64,000 nt of DNA, from contig OZ252244.1 of the NCBI GenBank assembly GCA_965249575.1, positions 3,008,001-3,072,000 of the forward strand, in the 5' to 3' direction. Within the stretch, counting starts at the first letter, position 1; every line of letters begins with the position of its first letter. A program made the position numbers and the translations under genes. The notes beneath the pieces are model-generated. The model did no database searches, was not told the origin of the DNA, and saw nothing but the letters and a program-made list of their open reading frames with translations. Source of the DNA: Gemmatimonadales bacterium. GTDB lineage: Bacteria; Gemmatimonadota; Gemmatimonadetes; Gemmatimonadales; GWC2-71-9. Of this stretch, positions 50,952-60,622 are shown piece after piece.

Positions 50952-51029
50952 GAGCGAGAATATACGACGCGGGACGGGACCCTGCCGCCCATCCCAGTGC
51001 CACCCCGCCCAGTGAGAAGCCGTCTCTCA

Positions 51030-51145
51030 ACACCCCGCCCCAGTGAGCAGTGAGGAGCCCGCCCCCCCCGCGGTCGGAGCGGGGAGGTGTGGCCATTTCA
51101 CTCCTTACTGCTCACTCCGTGGGGCGGGGCTGGGGGCTGGGGGCT
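51030..51145. repeat. REP-like inverted repeat
   Basis: AGTGAGCAGTGAGGAG at 51042-51057 pairs with CTCCTTACTGCTCACT at 51101-51116. Confidence 0.75.
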
Positions 51146-51156
51146 GAGCCTGCCGT

Positions 51157-52548
51157 TCAGCTTACGCGCGCCGGGGCGGGCGCCCCGTCGGGCCCGTTGT
51201 CCCAGTCCTGCGCCGAAGAGATGTTCGGCATTCCCCACTGATGGCCGTTCCAGCCGTCGAACCCGTCCATGCTGAAGGCCCAGAAGCCAGTCGTAAAATC
51301 CGAAATCACAATGAGCCCGTCGGCGTTGCGGACGTCAATGCCGAAGGCTCCATTGAAGATGCTGGTTCCTCCGAAGCCGCGCATGTGGGGGCCGTCATAC
51401 GTGTCGTAGAAGCCAACGGTGTAGGGGTTCGTGGGATCCATCATGTTGAATACCTGCAACCCGTCCTCATAGGCCGAAACGAACACGTAGGGCCAGCGCA
51501 CCTCGTGGTTGTGTGCGAGGTTTTGCCAGTCGGCCGTCCAGGCCCCGATCGGTCGGGAGATCGTCTTTACCTCGCCGTCGAGCCCGGGCTTCAGATCGAA
51601 GATACGCAGCGGGGCGAACTGGTATTCCGCCTCGGCAATCGCGTACCGGCCGTCCGGTGTCGGTGTGAACGTATGCGCTGTGAAGATGCCGGCAGCGCCC
51701 GTGATTGACGTGATCAACTCGGGCTCCTCCGGTTGCGAGACGTCGAACACGAAATAGCCAGCACCACCCGGCCCGTAGAACTTGTCCTGACGCGTCGCCG
51801 GATCGTACCCAACGTACATATCGTGGTATCCGCGCCGACGGGCGCCCTGATCGGGGACCGGCACGCGACCGATGAACCCTTGCATTCGGTCGCCCGCCAG
51901 AAACTTTGCCATGTCGTAGATGTTGACGTGCGGCGCGTTGGTCGTGGCAAACAGCAGTACCCTGCCGCTCGAGTGCTTATAAGCGTAAATGTTGTGAAAG
52001 CCCCCGGGGGTGTCCGCAGCGCGGACTCGGCCGACTTCTCGAATGGTCGAGGTATCGGGTAAACCCGTTACGTCGAACACGACGGCGCCAACGTCGGAGT
52101 CCGGGCCGCTCTGACCGAATTGAAACGACTGCACGTCGTAATACCGGCCATCGAGCTTGAAGTACTTGTTGTCCATCCCGCCCGTGCCCTGGTGCAGCTC
52201 GGGGTTATCGATGCGCCACGAGTAGATCACTTCCGCGTTGTCGGGATCTTTCACGCTGATAATGTCGACGCCGTGTACCAACATGCGGGACTGGTATACG
52301 TATGGCCGGGACAGCTCCTGCTCGATCTCGATGTCGGACGTCTCGAGGGCACCGCCCAGGGGTATGTGCGAGAGGATGTGAATGTTCGCGCTCCCCTGTT
52401 CTCCCGGGCCCCGCTGCCCGTGTGAAGTGTTTCCGAGAACCGATGGCGGGCTCAGCTCCGGATGCCTGGCTCGGGGAGCCTGTTGGGCGAGCAGAGGTGT
52501 CGCGAGCAGAGCGCCAACGAAGGCTGCACAAACGGTTCGCCTGTTCAT
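51157..52548 (-). CDS. Secreted LVIVD/choice-of-anchor-B-like beta-propeller, array copy A1
   Basis: Signal peptide ending ATPLLA-Q; GGFHN, GYHD, AHT and AHNHE motifs; LVIVD-like YVFVSAYEDGLQVFNMMDPTNP; GAGG upstream. Confidence 0.85.
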   Translation of the reverse strand: MNRRTVCAAFVGALLATPLLAQQAPRARHPELSPPSVLGNTSHGQRGPGEQGSANIHILSHIPLGGALETSDIEIEQELSRPYVYQSRMLVHGVDIISVKDPDNAEVIYSWRIDNPELHQGTGGMDNKYFKLDGRYYDVQSFQFGQSGPDSDVGAVVFDVTGLPDTSTIREVGRVRAADTPGGFHNIYAYKHSSGRVLLFATTNAPHVNIYDMAKFLAGDRMQGFIGRVPVPDQGARRRGYHDMYVGYDPATRQDKFYGPGGAGYFVFDVSQPEEPELITSITGAAGIFTAHTFTPTPDGRYAIAEAEYQFAPLRIFDLKPGLDGEVKTISRPIGAWTADWQNLAHNHEVRWPYVFVSAYEDGLQVFNMMDPTNPYTVGFYDTYDGPHMRGFGGTSIFNGAFGIDVRNADGLIVISDFTTGFWAFSMDGFDGWNGHQWGMPNISSAQDWDNGPDGAPAPARVS

Positions 52549-52659
52549 GTTGTTTCCTCGCCCAATTGTGAGTGGTGAGTTGTGCGTGGCGAGTGACGCG
52601 TCGCCAAGGGAGAGTTGGTCCCGTAGCCCCTCCTCACGACGCCCCACTCGCTGCTCACG

Positions 52660-53982
52660 TTAACTGACCGGCGCCGGCGCCCCTTCGGGCCCGTTGTCCC
52701 AATCCTGCACCGAGGAGATGTTCGGCATTCCCCACTGGTGGCCGTTCCAGCCGTCGAAGCCGTCCATCTTGAGGGCCCAGAAGCCGGTGGAGATGTCGTT
52801 GATCACGATCAAACCGTCGGCGTTCCGGACATCGACACCGAAGGCGCCGTTGAAGACGTCGTTTCCGGTCCGTCCCTTGTTGTGGGGGCCGTCGTACGTG
52901 TCGTAGTATCCTACGGTATAGGGGTTGGTGGGATCCATCATGTTGAAGACTTGGAGCCCGTCCTCGTAGGCCGAGACGAACACGTACGGCCAGCGGACCT
53001 CGTGGTTGTGCGCCAGGTTCTTCCAGTCGGCGGTCCACGCGCCGATGGGGCGCGAAATGGTCCGGACCTCACCATCCAATCCCGGCTTCAGGTCGAACAG
53101 CCTGAGCGGCGCGTATTGGTACTCCGTCTCGGTCACGGCGTACCGCCCGTCGGGCGTAGGGGTGAACGTGTGTCCGTTGGCCACACCGGCGATTCCCGTA
53201 AGCGACGTGAGCAACTTGGCGCTCTCGGGCTGGGTCACGTCGTACACGTGGTATCCGCCGGAGCCGGCCCCGTAGAACTTGTCCTGTCTGGTTGCAGGAT
53301 CGTACGCGATGTAGAAGTCGTGGTATCCCCGGTTGGGGCGCAACGGGTTCGGTGGGACGGGGACCCGTGCGATCAGCCCCTGATCGCCGTCGCCGGCGAG
53401 GAACCGTTCCATGTCGTAGACGTTGGCTTGCGGCGCGCTCACAGTCGTGAACAGGAGCACCCGGCCGTCGGAGTGCTTGTACGCAAAGATGTTGTGGAAT
53501 CCGCCCGGGGTGGCCGGGGCGCGGATTCGCCCAGCCTCTTCGATTCTCGACGTGTCCGGTAGGCTGGTGACGTCGAATACGATCCCTCCCAGGTCGGCGT
53601 CGGGTCCGCCAGATTGGAACTGGACTGATTGCACGTAGTAGTATCGACCGCGGGTCTTGAAGTACTTCCCGTCCATCATACCGGCGCCCTGGTGGAGGTC
53701 CGGGTTCTCGATCAACCAGCTGTAAATGACCTCGGCGTCGGTCGGTTCCTTGACGCTGAGGATATGAAATGCAGGAGGAGTGTTGTACGCCGATGCGTAT
53801 ACGTACGGACGGGACAGCTCCTCCTCGATCTCGATATCCGTCGCGTGAAAGAGCCCGCCATGCGGCACGTGCGAGAGGATCTTCACGTTGGATGAGCCCT
53901 GCTGGCCGGGCGGATACTGCGCGGCAGCGGGGGTTGCTAGCAGGATTCCGAGTCCAAACCCGAATAGGGATCGCCCGTACAT
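52660..53982 (-). CDS. Secreted LVIVD-like beta-propeller, array copy A2
   Basis: Colinear homolog of A1; signal peptide ending ATPAAA-Q. Confidence 0.85.
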   Translation of the reverse strand: MYGRSLFGFGLGILLATPAAAQYPPGQQGSSNVKILSHVPHGGLFHATDIEIEEELSRPYVYASAYNTPPAFHILSVKEPTDAEVIYSWLIENPDLHQGAGMMDGKYFKTRGRYYYVQSVQFQSGGPDADLGGIVFDVTSLPDTSRIEEAGRIRAPATPGGFHNIFAYKHSDGRVLLFTTVSAPQANVYDMERFLAGDGDQGLIARVPVPPNPLRPNRGYHDFYIAYDPATRQDKFYGAGSGGYHVYDVTQPESAKLLTSLTGIAGVANGHTFTPTPDGRYAVTETEYQYAPLRLFDLKPGLDGEVRTISRPIGAWTADWKNLAHNHEVRWPYVFVSAYEDGLQVFNMMDPTNPYTVGYYDTYDGPHNKGRTGNDVFNGAFGVDVRNADGLIVINDISTGFWALKMDGFDGWNGHQWGMPNISSVQDWDNGPEGAPAPVS

Positions 53983-54001
53983 TCTGTCACCTCACGGCAG
54001 T

Positions 54002-54165
54002 GTGAGTGGTGAGTAGTGAGTTGTAATCCGTGAGTGGTGACGGCATCAATGTGGTGTTGTCTTCCACACACTGACCTGCGCCGCATCCGGTGGCCAGCTC
54101 TCTGTCGGAGACGTTGCCGCTTCCAAATGGCTCCCACTCACCACTTACGACTCACCACTCACTCG
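54002..54165. repeat. Inverted heptamer arms (GTGAGTN)n / (ACTCACN)n
   Basis: Left arm 54002-54039 and right arm 54136-54164, in the A2/A3 spacer. Confidence 0.75.
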
Positions 54166-54170
54166 TCCTT

Positions 54171-55520
54171 CTAGCTAACCTGCGCCGGCGCACCTTCCGG
54201 CCCGTTATCCCAGTCCTGCGCCGACGAGACGTTCGGCATGCCCCACTGGTGGCCGTTCCAGCCGTCGAACCCGTCCATCTTGAACGCCCAAAAACCGGTC
54301 CGGAAATCCTCGATGACGATCAGGCCGTCGGCGTTTCTCACGTCAATGCCGAATGCGCCGTTGCAGACCATGTCTCCGCACATGCCGACTTCGTTCGGGC
54401 CGTCGTAGGTATCGTAAAACCCTACAGTGTAAGGGTTTGTGGGGTCCATCATGTTGAAGACCTGGAGCCCGTCCTCATAGTGTGACACGAAGACGTACGG
54501 CCAGCGCACCTCGTGATTGTGTGCCAATCCCTGCCACCGGGCCGTCCACGCCCCGATGGGCCGAGAGATCGTCTTGACCTCGCCGTCGAGCCCCGGCTTC
54601 AGGTCGAAGATCCGGAGCGGCGCGTACTGGTACTCGGTTTCTGCGACGGCGTATCGTCCGTCCGGGGTGGGGGTAAAGGTGTGGCCGTTTTGTACGCCGG
54701 CGGCACCCGTAATCGAAGTGAGGAGCTTGGGCTCCTCAGGGGTCGAGATGTCGAAGATGTGATATCCGCCCGAACCCGGACCGTAGAACCTGTCCTGCCG
54801 CGTAGCCGGATCGTAGGCGACGTAGAAGTCGTGGTAGCCGCGCCCGGGACGGCCGAATGGCGTTTCCGGGACGGGAACGCCACCGATCAGCCCCTGGGTG
54901 GGGTCGCCACTCAGGAACTTGTCCATGTCGTAAATGTTCGCCCGCGGGGCTTGCACGGTCGTGAACAACAGTACTCGCCCGTCGGAGTGCTTGTAGGCGA
55001 AGATGTTGTGGAAGCCGCCTGGCAGCGATGGCTCGCGAATCCGCCCGACCTCCTTGACCGTCGACGCGTCGGGAAGGCCCGTCACGTCAAAGACGACCGC
55101 CCCCACGTCGGCGTCGGGTCCGCTCTGTCCGAACTGGAAGGACTGCACGTCGTAGTACCGGCCCTTGAGCTTGAAGTACTTGTTATCCATCCCGCCGCGG
55201 CCCTGGTGCAGGTCGATGTCGTCGATACGCCAGGAGTAGATCACCTCGGCCTTCGAGGGGTCCTTGACGCTGATGATATCGACTCCGCCCACGCCCGCCA
55301 TTCTGGAGGTATAGACGTACGGGCGTGACAGCTCCTGCTCGATCTCGATGTCCGAGCTGCTGAACTCCCCGCCCAGCGGAATGTGGGAGAGCACGTGCAC
55401 GTTGCGGCTGTAGTGCTCGCCCGGCGGCGCGTGCTGGGCCACGCCAATCGCGGGACCAGCCGCGAGAAAGAGGACGGCAAGGCTGAGCGCCGCCAGCGGA
55501 GCTGACTGTCGGTGTGTCAT
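54171..55520 (-). CDS. Secreted LVIVD-like beta-propeller, array copy A3
   Basis: Colinear homolog; ATG 55520 precedes the signal peptide. Confidence 0.85.
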   Translation of the reverse strand: MTHRQSAPLAALSLAVLFLAAGPAIGVAQHAPPGEHYSRNVHVLSHIPLGGEFSSSDIEIEQELSRPYVYTSRMAGVGGVDIISVKDPSKAEVIYSWRIDDIDLHQGRGGMDNKYFKLKGRYYDVQSFQFGQSGPDADVGAVVFDVTGLPDASTVKEVGRIREPSLPGGFHNIFAYKHSDGRVLLFTTVQAPRANIYDMDKFLSGDPTQGLIGGVPVPETPFGRPGRGYHDFYVAYDPATRQDRFYGPGSGGYHIFDISTPEEPKLLTSITGAAGVQNGHTFTPTPDGRYAVAETEYQYAPLRIFDLKPGLDGEVKTISRPIGAWTARWQGLAHNHEVRWPYVFVSHYEDGLQVFNMMDPTNPYTVGFYDTYDGPNEVGMCGDMVCNGAFGIDVRNADGLIVIEDFRTGFWAFKMDGFDGWNGHQWGMPNVSSAQDWDNGPEGAPAQVS

Positions 55521-55674
55521 GCGGACCCTCGTTGTGTCGGTTTGGTTGAGACGGCCCCACAGATCGGGCCCGAGTGCCCTGAAATGTGGGGGCCGGTCGG
55601 GACCACGGCAAGGAGGTCGTGCCCGTCCTCGACCTGACCGCGATGGGTGAGTAGTCTGCCCCCACCGTCCCCTA

Positions 55675-55764
55675 CCGAGTGTGAGGAGTGAGGAGGCGGC
55701 GCCGCATTTCGTCCCGCGGTCGTGGTGGGGAAGGACGCCTCCTTCCCGCTCACTCCTCACTCGG
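55675..55764. repeat. REP-like inverted repeat
   Basis: CCGAGTGTGAGGAGTGAGGAGG pairs with CTCACTCCTCACTCGG in the A3/A4 spacer. Confidence 0.8.
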
Positions 55765-55792
55765 TAGGGAGGGGTGAGGAAGGCCCTGCCGT

Positions 55793-57172
55793 TCAGCTCA
55801 CGCGCGCTGGAGGCGGCGCCCCATCCGGTCCGTTATCCCAGTCCTGCGCCGAGGAGACGTTGGGCATGCCCCACTGATGCCCGTTCCAGCCGTCGAAGCC
55901 GTCCATCTTGAACGTCCAGAACCCCGTCGTGAAGTCGCTGATGACGATCAGACCGTCGGCATTCCTGACATCGACGCCGAATGCCCCGTTGAACACCGTG
56001 TTGCCGGCGCCGCTCGAGCGGGCGCCCCCCCAACCTTCGTTAGTCAGCATGCCGAAGCCGCGCTGGTCGGGCCCGTCATAGGTGTCGTAGGAGCCCACCG
56101 TGTAGGGATTCGTCGGATCCATCATGTTGAAGACGTGGAGGCCGTCCTCGTATGCCGATACGAACACGTACGGCCAGCGGACTTCGTGGTTGTGGGCCAG
56201 TCCCTGCCAGCGGGCCGTCCACGCGCCAATCGGGCGGGAGATGGTCTGGACCTCGCCGTCCAGGCCTGGCTTGAGATCGAAGATCCGGAGTGGCGCATAC
56301 TGATACTCCAACTCGCCTATTGCGTACCGACCGTCGGGGGTCGGTGTGAAGGTGTGCGCAGCTTCGAGCCCTGCCGCGCCGGAGATGGACGTGAGGAGCT
56401 TCGGCTCCTCGGGCTGCGTGACGTCGTAGACGTAGAACGCTGAGTAGCTGGGACCGTAGAACTTGTCCTGTCGCGTTGCCGGGTCGTAGCCCACGTACAT
56501 ATCGTGGTAGCCCCGCAGCATGCCGTACGTGCTCGGTGCCGGGTCCGATCCGGGGACCCGCCCCACGAGGCCCTGCCGGCCATCACCGGCCAGGAACCTC
56601 TCCATGTCGTACACGTTGGCGTGGGTCGTCGAGCTGGTCGTGAACAAGAGGACGCGCCCGCTGGAGTGCTTGTACGCGAAGATGTTGTGGCACCCGCCGG
56701 GGGTGTCGGGGGCACGAATCCGGCCTACCTCTTTGACCGTGCCGGCGTCCGGAAGGCCCGTCACATCGAACACCACACCGCAGAGGTCCGCATCCGGACC
56801 GGCGGGCGAGAACTGCGTCGACTGCACGTCGTAGTACCTGCTGTTGAGCTTGAAGTACTTGTTGTCCATCCCACCCGTGCCGACGTGCAGCTCGGCATCT
56901 TCGATCCGCCATGAGTAGATGACCTCGGGCCGCGACGGCTCGTTCAGATTGATGATGTCCATCCCGTGGATCACCATCCGGGACTGATACGCGTACGGCC
57001 GCGACAGCTCCTGCTCGATCTCGACGTCCGAGGTGCTGAACGCCTGCCCCATCGGCAGGTGAGAGACGATGTGGATGTTCCGACTCCCCTGCTCGCCGGG
57101 TGGATGCTGGGAAAAGGCGGGGGTCGCCAGCGGGATTGCCAGCGCGACCAAGGGAATGAATCGCCGGTTCAT
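55793..57172 (-). CDS. Secreted LVIVD-like beta-propeller, array copy A4
   Basis: Colinear homolog with the longest variable C-terminal loop; GGCHN variant. Confidence 0.85.
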   Translation of the reverse strand: MNRRFIPLVALAIPLATPAFSQHPPGEQGSRNIHIVSHLPMGQAFSTSDVEIEQELSRPYAYQSRMVIHGMDIINLNEPSRPEVIYSWRIEDAELHVGTGGMDNKYFKLNSRYYDVQSTQFSPAGPDADLCGVVFDVTGLPDAGTVKEVGRIRAPDTPGGCHNIFAYKHSSGRVLLFTTSSTTHANVYDMERFLAGDGRQGLVGRVPGSDPAPSTYGMLRGYHDMYVGYDPATRQDKFYGPSYSAFYVYDVTQPEEPKLLTSISGAAGLEAAHTFTPTPDGRYAIGELEYQYAPLRIFDLKPGLDGEVQTISRPIGAWTARWQGLAHNHEVRWPYVFVSAYEDGLHVFNMMDPTNPYTVGSYDTYDGPDQRGFGMLTNEGWGGARSSGAGNTVFNGAFGVDVRNADGLIVISDFTTGFWTFKMDGFDGWNGHQWGMPNVSSAQDWDNGPDGAPPPARVS

Positions 57173-57186
57173 TTGAGCTCCAGAAG

Positions 57187-57280
57187 GTGAGTGGTGAGTC
57201 GTGAGTAGTTGTGTGGTAGGTAGTGTGATCGCGCCGTGGCTCGTGACCGCCTACCCACCACTCACGACTCACTACTCACC
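57187..57280. repeat. Inverted heptamer arms
   Basis: GGTGAGTGGTGAGTCGTGAGTAG pairs with CCACTCACGACTCACTACTCACC (2 mismatches). Confidence 0.85.
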
Positions 57281-57283
57281 TCT

Positions 57284-57510
57284 TCACTGTCCTGCGCTAA
57301 CCTGTGTGGGCTTCGGCGCCTTCTGGATTCCCGCCGCACCGATCACCGTTGTTCGATCTCGAGATCGTTGGCGTTGAAGGAACCGCCGACGGGGATATGA
57401 GCAACGATCTCCATGTTCGAGCTCCCCTGGTGCCCGGGAGGGCGCTGGGCGAGGACTGGTGGTGCCAGTAGAAGCCCAAGCCCTACCAACCAAACGACTC
57501 GCCCGTTCAT
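57284..57510 (-). pseudogene. Internally deleted remnant of an array copy (A5)
   Basis: Encodes signal peptide plus PPGHQGSSNMEIVAHIPVGGSFNANDLEIEQ, then a stop. Followed by VIGAAGI (mid-gene-like) and APKPTQVS (family C-terminus) in another frame. Confidence 0.85.
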
Positions 57511-57555
57511 ACGTGTCTCCTCAATAGTGAGACGTCCACACACCGCCCCACCCCG

Positions 57556-57635
57556 CCGAGTGAGGAGTAAGGAGGTTCACCTAGTCCTCGCCTCTACGCG
57601 GTGGGGTGGGGTTGGCCTCCTCACGACTCACTCGG
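57556..57635. repeat. REP-like inverted repeat
   Basis: CCGAGTGAGGAGTAAGGAGG at 57556-57575 pairs with CCTCCTCACGACTCACTCGG at 57616-57635. Confidence 0.85.
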
Positions 57636-57660
57636 TGGTGCGGAGGAGGGAGGGGTCTCC

Positions 57661-59081
57661 TTACTCCAGCGCGCTGACGCGCGCTGGCTGCGGCGCCCCG
57701 TCAGGCCCGTTATCCCAATCCTGTGCGGAGGACACGTCCGGCATCCCCCACTGATGTCCGTTCCACCCGTCGAAGCCGTCCATTTCGAGTGCCCAAAAGC
57801 CGAACGTTCCGTCACCGATCACTATCAGGCCATCGGCGTTCCGAACGTCGATGCCCCACGCCCCGCCGGTGGATCGGCCGGGCGAGCGGCTGCCGTGGGG
57901 GCCGTCGAAGGTATCGTAGTAGCCAACGGTGTACAGATTCGTGGGATCCATCATGTTGAAGACCTGGAGTCCGTCCTCGTAGTTGGACACGAAGACGTAC
58001 GGCCACCGTACCTCCATGTTGTGGGCCTTGTGCTCCCAGTTCGCGATCCACGCTCCGATGGGGCGGTTGACGTTCTTTATCTCGCCGTCGAGCGCGGGCT
58101 TGAGGTCGAATACCCGCAGCGGTTGATACTCTCCGCCCGACCGGGTCAGGGCGTACCGTCCGTCTGGCGTCGGCACGAAGGTGTGGGTCCCGTGTTGGCC
58201 AGGGAAGCCCATTACCGAGGCCAAGAGCACCGGGCTCGACGGGTCGGAGACATCGTAGACGTAGTTCCCGCCAAGCGGGGTGACCTCAGGGCCGCCACCG
58301 TAGAACTTGTCCTGATGCGTCGACGGGTCGTAGCCAACGAACATGTCGTGGTAGCCATCCGCGGCGCCCCGCGGCTCTGGCAGCGGCACACGACCAACCA
58401 ACCCGTGACTCGGTGCGCCTGACAGGAAGGCTCCCATGTCGTAGATGTTCGCCCCGTGCGGCGCCGTAGGTGGCGCCCGGACGGTCGCGAAAAGCAGAGC
58501 CCGTCGGTCCGAGTGCTTGTACATGAAAACGTTGTGGAATCCGCCTGGCGTGTCCGGCGTGCGGATGCGGCCGACCTCGCGAATGGTGGTCGTATCGGGG
58601 AGTCCGGTGACGTCAAACACGATGGCGCCAAGGTCGTGGTCCGGTCCCGATCTTCGGAACGCCACCGCCTGCACGTAGTAATAGCGCCCGTTCAGCTTGA
58701 AGTACTTGCCGTCGTCCGCGCCCCATCCCTCATGGATGCTGGGGTCCTCGATACGCCAGCGGTAGATGATCTGCGCCTTCCCGGGATCCTTGACGCTGAT
58801 GACGTCGAATCCGCTCGGTTTCCACTTGAGAGACGCATATACGTACGGTCGCGACAGCTCCTGCTCGATCTCGATGTCGGTGGTGCGAGCAAACCCCATG
58901 AGCGGGATGTGGGACAACACCCTGACGTTCCGGCTCCCGTGCTCGCCCGGTGGGCGAGGCACAGTTGGGTCCGCGTTTGGCGCGTGTGGCCCCGGCCGGC
59001 TGGGGTCCGTCTGCGAAGCGAGAGTGCGAGCCGCCAGCAAGACCCCCAAGCCAAGCAGGCAGATGATTCGCCCGCTCCCAC
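57661..59081 (-). CDS. Secreted LVIVD-like beta-propeller, array copy A6 (start GTG out of frame by one G)
   Basis: Colinear homolog. GTG at 59081 becomes in frame if one G is added to GTGGG. Confidence 0.8.
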
Positions 59082-59113
59082 GAGTGACAAGTCCGCCCCC
59101 CTCCCTTACCCAG

Positions 59114-59191
59114 CCGAGTGAGGAGTAAGGAGGTCCCCCCGCGTCCCGTCCGTGGTTGGGGTGGGGGGTGACCTCCTCACTCCTTGCTCGG
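59114..59191. repeat. REP-like inverted repeat
   Basis: CCGAGTGAGGAGTAAGGAGG at 59114-59133 pairs with CCTCCTCACTCCTTGCTCGG at 59172-59191. Confidence 0.85.
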
Positions 59192-59216
59192 TGAAGGGGG
59201 AGGGGGAAGGGCCCCC

Positions 59217-60533
59217 TCACTGTCTCACGCTGACCTGCGCTGGCGCCGCCCCGCCCGGCCCGTTGTCCCAATCCTGTACGCTCGAGATGTTCGGCATCCC
59301 CCATTGATGTCCGTTCCAACCGTCGAACCCGTCCATCTTGAGTGCCCAGAACCCCGTGGTCATATCGCCCGTCACGATCAACCCGTCGGCGTTGCGGACG
59401 TCGATGCCGAACGAGCCGTTGTACACGCTGTTCCGTGGCCCGCGCTCGTGCGGCCCGCCGTAGGTGTCGTAGAACCCCACCGTGTACGGGTTGGTCGGGT
59501 CCATCATGTTGAAGACCTGGACGCCGTCCTCATAGGCGGAGACGAAGACGTAGGGCCAGCGGACCTCATGGTTGTGCGGAAGGCCCTTCCAGCGGGCCGT
59601 CCAGGCGCCGATCGGCCGGGAGATGGTCTCGACCTCGCCGTCGAGGGCTGGCTTCAAGTCGATGATTCGCAGGGGAGCGTACTGGTATTCCGATTCCAGG
59701 ATGGCGTAGCGGCCGTCCGGGGTCGGGGTGAACGTGTGTCCGCCACTCATCCCAGCCACCCCTGTGGCCGAGGCGATGAGCTTGGGCGCGGTGATGTCCG
59801 TGACGTCGTAGACGAAGAAGCCTCCGCCCCCGGGGCCGTAGAACTTGTCCTGCCGCGTCGCCGGATCGTATCCCACGTAGTAATCGTGGTAGCCGCGCCC
59901 GGTTTCCGTCGGATTGGGGACCGTCCCGACGAGGCCCTGCCGCGGGTCTCCGGCCAGAAACTTCTCCAGGTCGTAGACCTTCGCGTGCGGTGCGCTGGTC
60001 GTCGCAAACAGCAGTGCCTGACCGTTGGAGTGCTTGTATGCGAAGATGTTGTGGAACCCACCTGGTGTGTCAGGAGCCCGGATGCGACCCACCTCGCGGA
60101 TCGTCGACACGTCGGGCAGGCCCGTCACGTCGAACACCACGGCGCCAAGGTCGACGTCTGGACCACCGGCCCGGAACTGGAACGACTCCGCGATGTAGTA
60201 CCGCCCGCCGAGCTTGAAGTACTTGATGTCGAGCGCTCGGCCCTGGTGCAGGTCCGGATTCTCGATGACCCACGAATGGATCTGCTTGACGTTGTCCAGG
60301 GCGCCCACGTCAAAGACGTAATACCCGAACGTCGCCCGTCCCGAGAGGTACACGTAGGGCCTGGATAGCTCCTGCTCGATCTCCAGATCGTTCGCGTTGA
60401 AGGAGCCGCCCGTCGGAATGTGGGCGACGATCTTCATGTTGGTACTACCTTGCTGTCCCGGTGGGTGCTGTGCGATAACCGGGAGCGCTAGCAGGATTCC
60501 GAAGCCGATCAAAGGGACGAACCGCCCGTTCAT
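59217..60533 (-). CDS. Secreted LVIVD-like beta-propeller, array copy A7
   Basis: Colinear homolog; GAGGAG 6 nt before ATG 60533. Confidence 0.85.
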   Translation of the reverse strand: MNGRFVPLIGFGILLALPVIAQHPPGQQGSTNMKIVAHIPTGGSFNANDLEIEQELSRPYVYLSGRATFGYYVFDVGALDNVKQIHSWVIENPDLHQGRALDIKYFKLGGRYYIAESFQFRAGGPDVDLGAVVFDVTGLPDVSTIREVGRIRAPDTPGGFHNIFAYKHSNGQALLFATTSAPHAKVYDLEKFLAGDPRQGLVGTVPNPTETGRGYHDYYVGYDPATRQDKFYGPGGGGFFVYDVTDITAPKLIASATGVAGMSGGHTFTPTPDGRYAILESEYQYAPLRIIDLKPALDGEVETISRPIGAWTARWKGLPHNHEVRWPYVFVSAYEDGVQVFNMMDPTNPYTVGFYDTYGGPHERGPRNSVYNGSFGIDVRNADGLIVTGDMTTGFWALKMDGFDGWNGHQWGMPNISSVQDWDNGPGGAAPAQVSVRQ

Positions 60534-60552
60534 ACTCATCTCCTCTCTAAAC

Positions 60553-60622
60553 GTGAGAGGTGAGTGGTAGTAGTGAGTCGTAACCGCAGTCGCCACTCAC
60601 CACTTACTACTCACGACTCACC
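60553..60622. repeat. Inverted heptamer arms
   Basis: GTGAGTG/GTGAGTC units face ACTCACC-ACTTACT-ACTCACG-ACTCACC. Confidence 0.75.

Noticed and set aside
57661..59319. 552-aa version of A6, or A6 as a deliberately silent cassette
   Set aside because: The extension overlaps A7 and reads through a repeat. One extra G restores a normal start, matching the error pattern.
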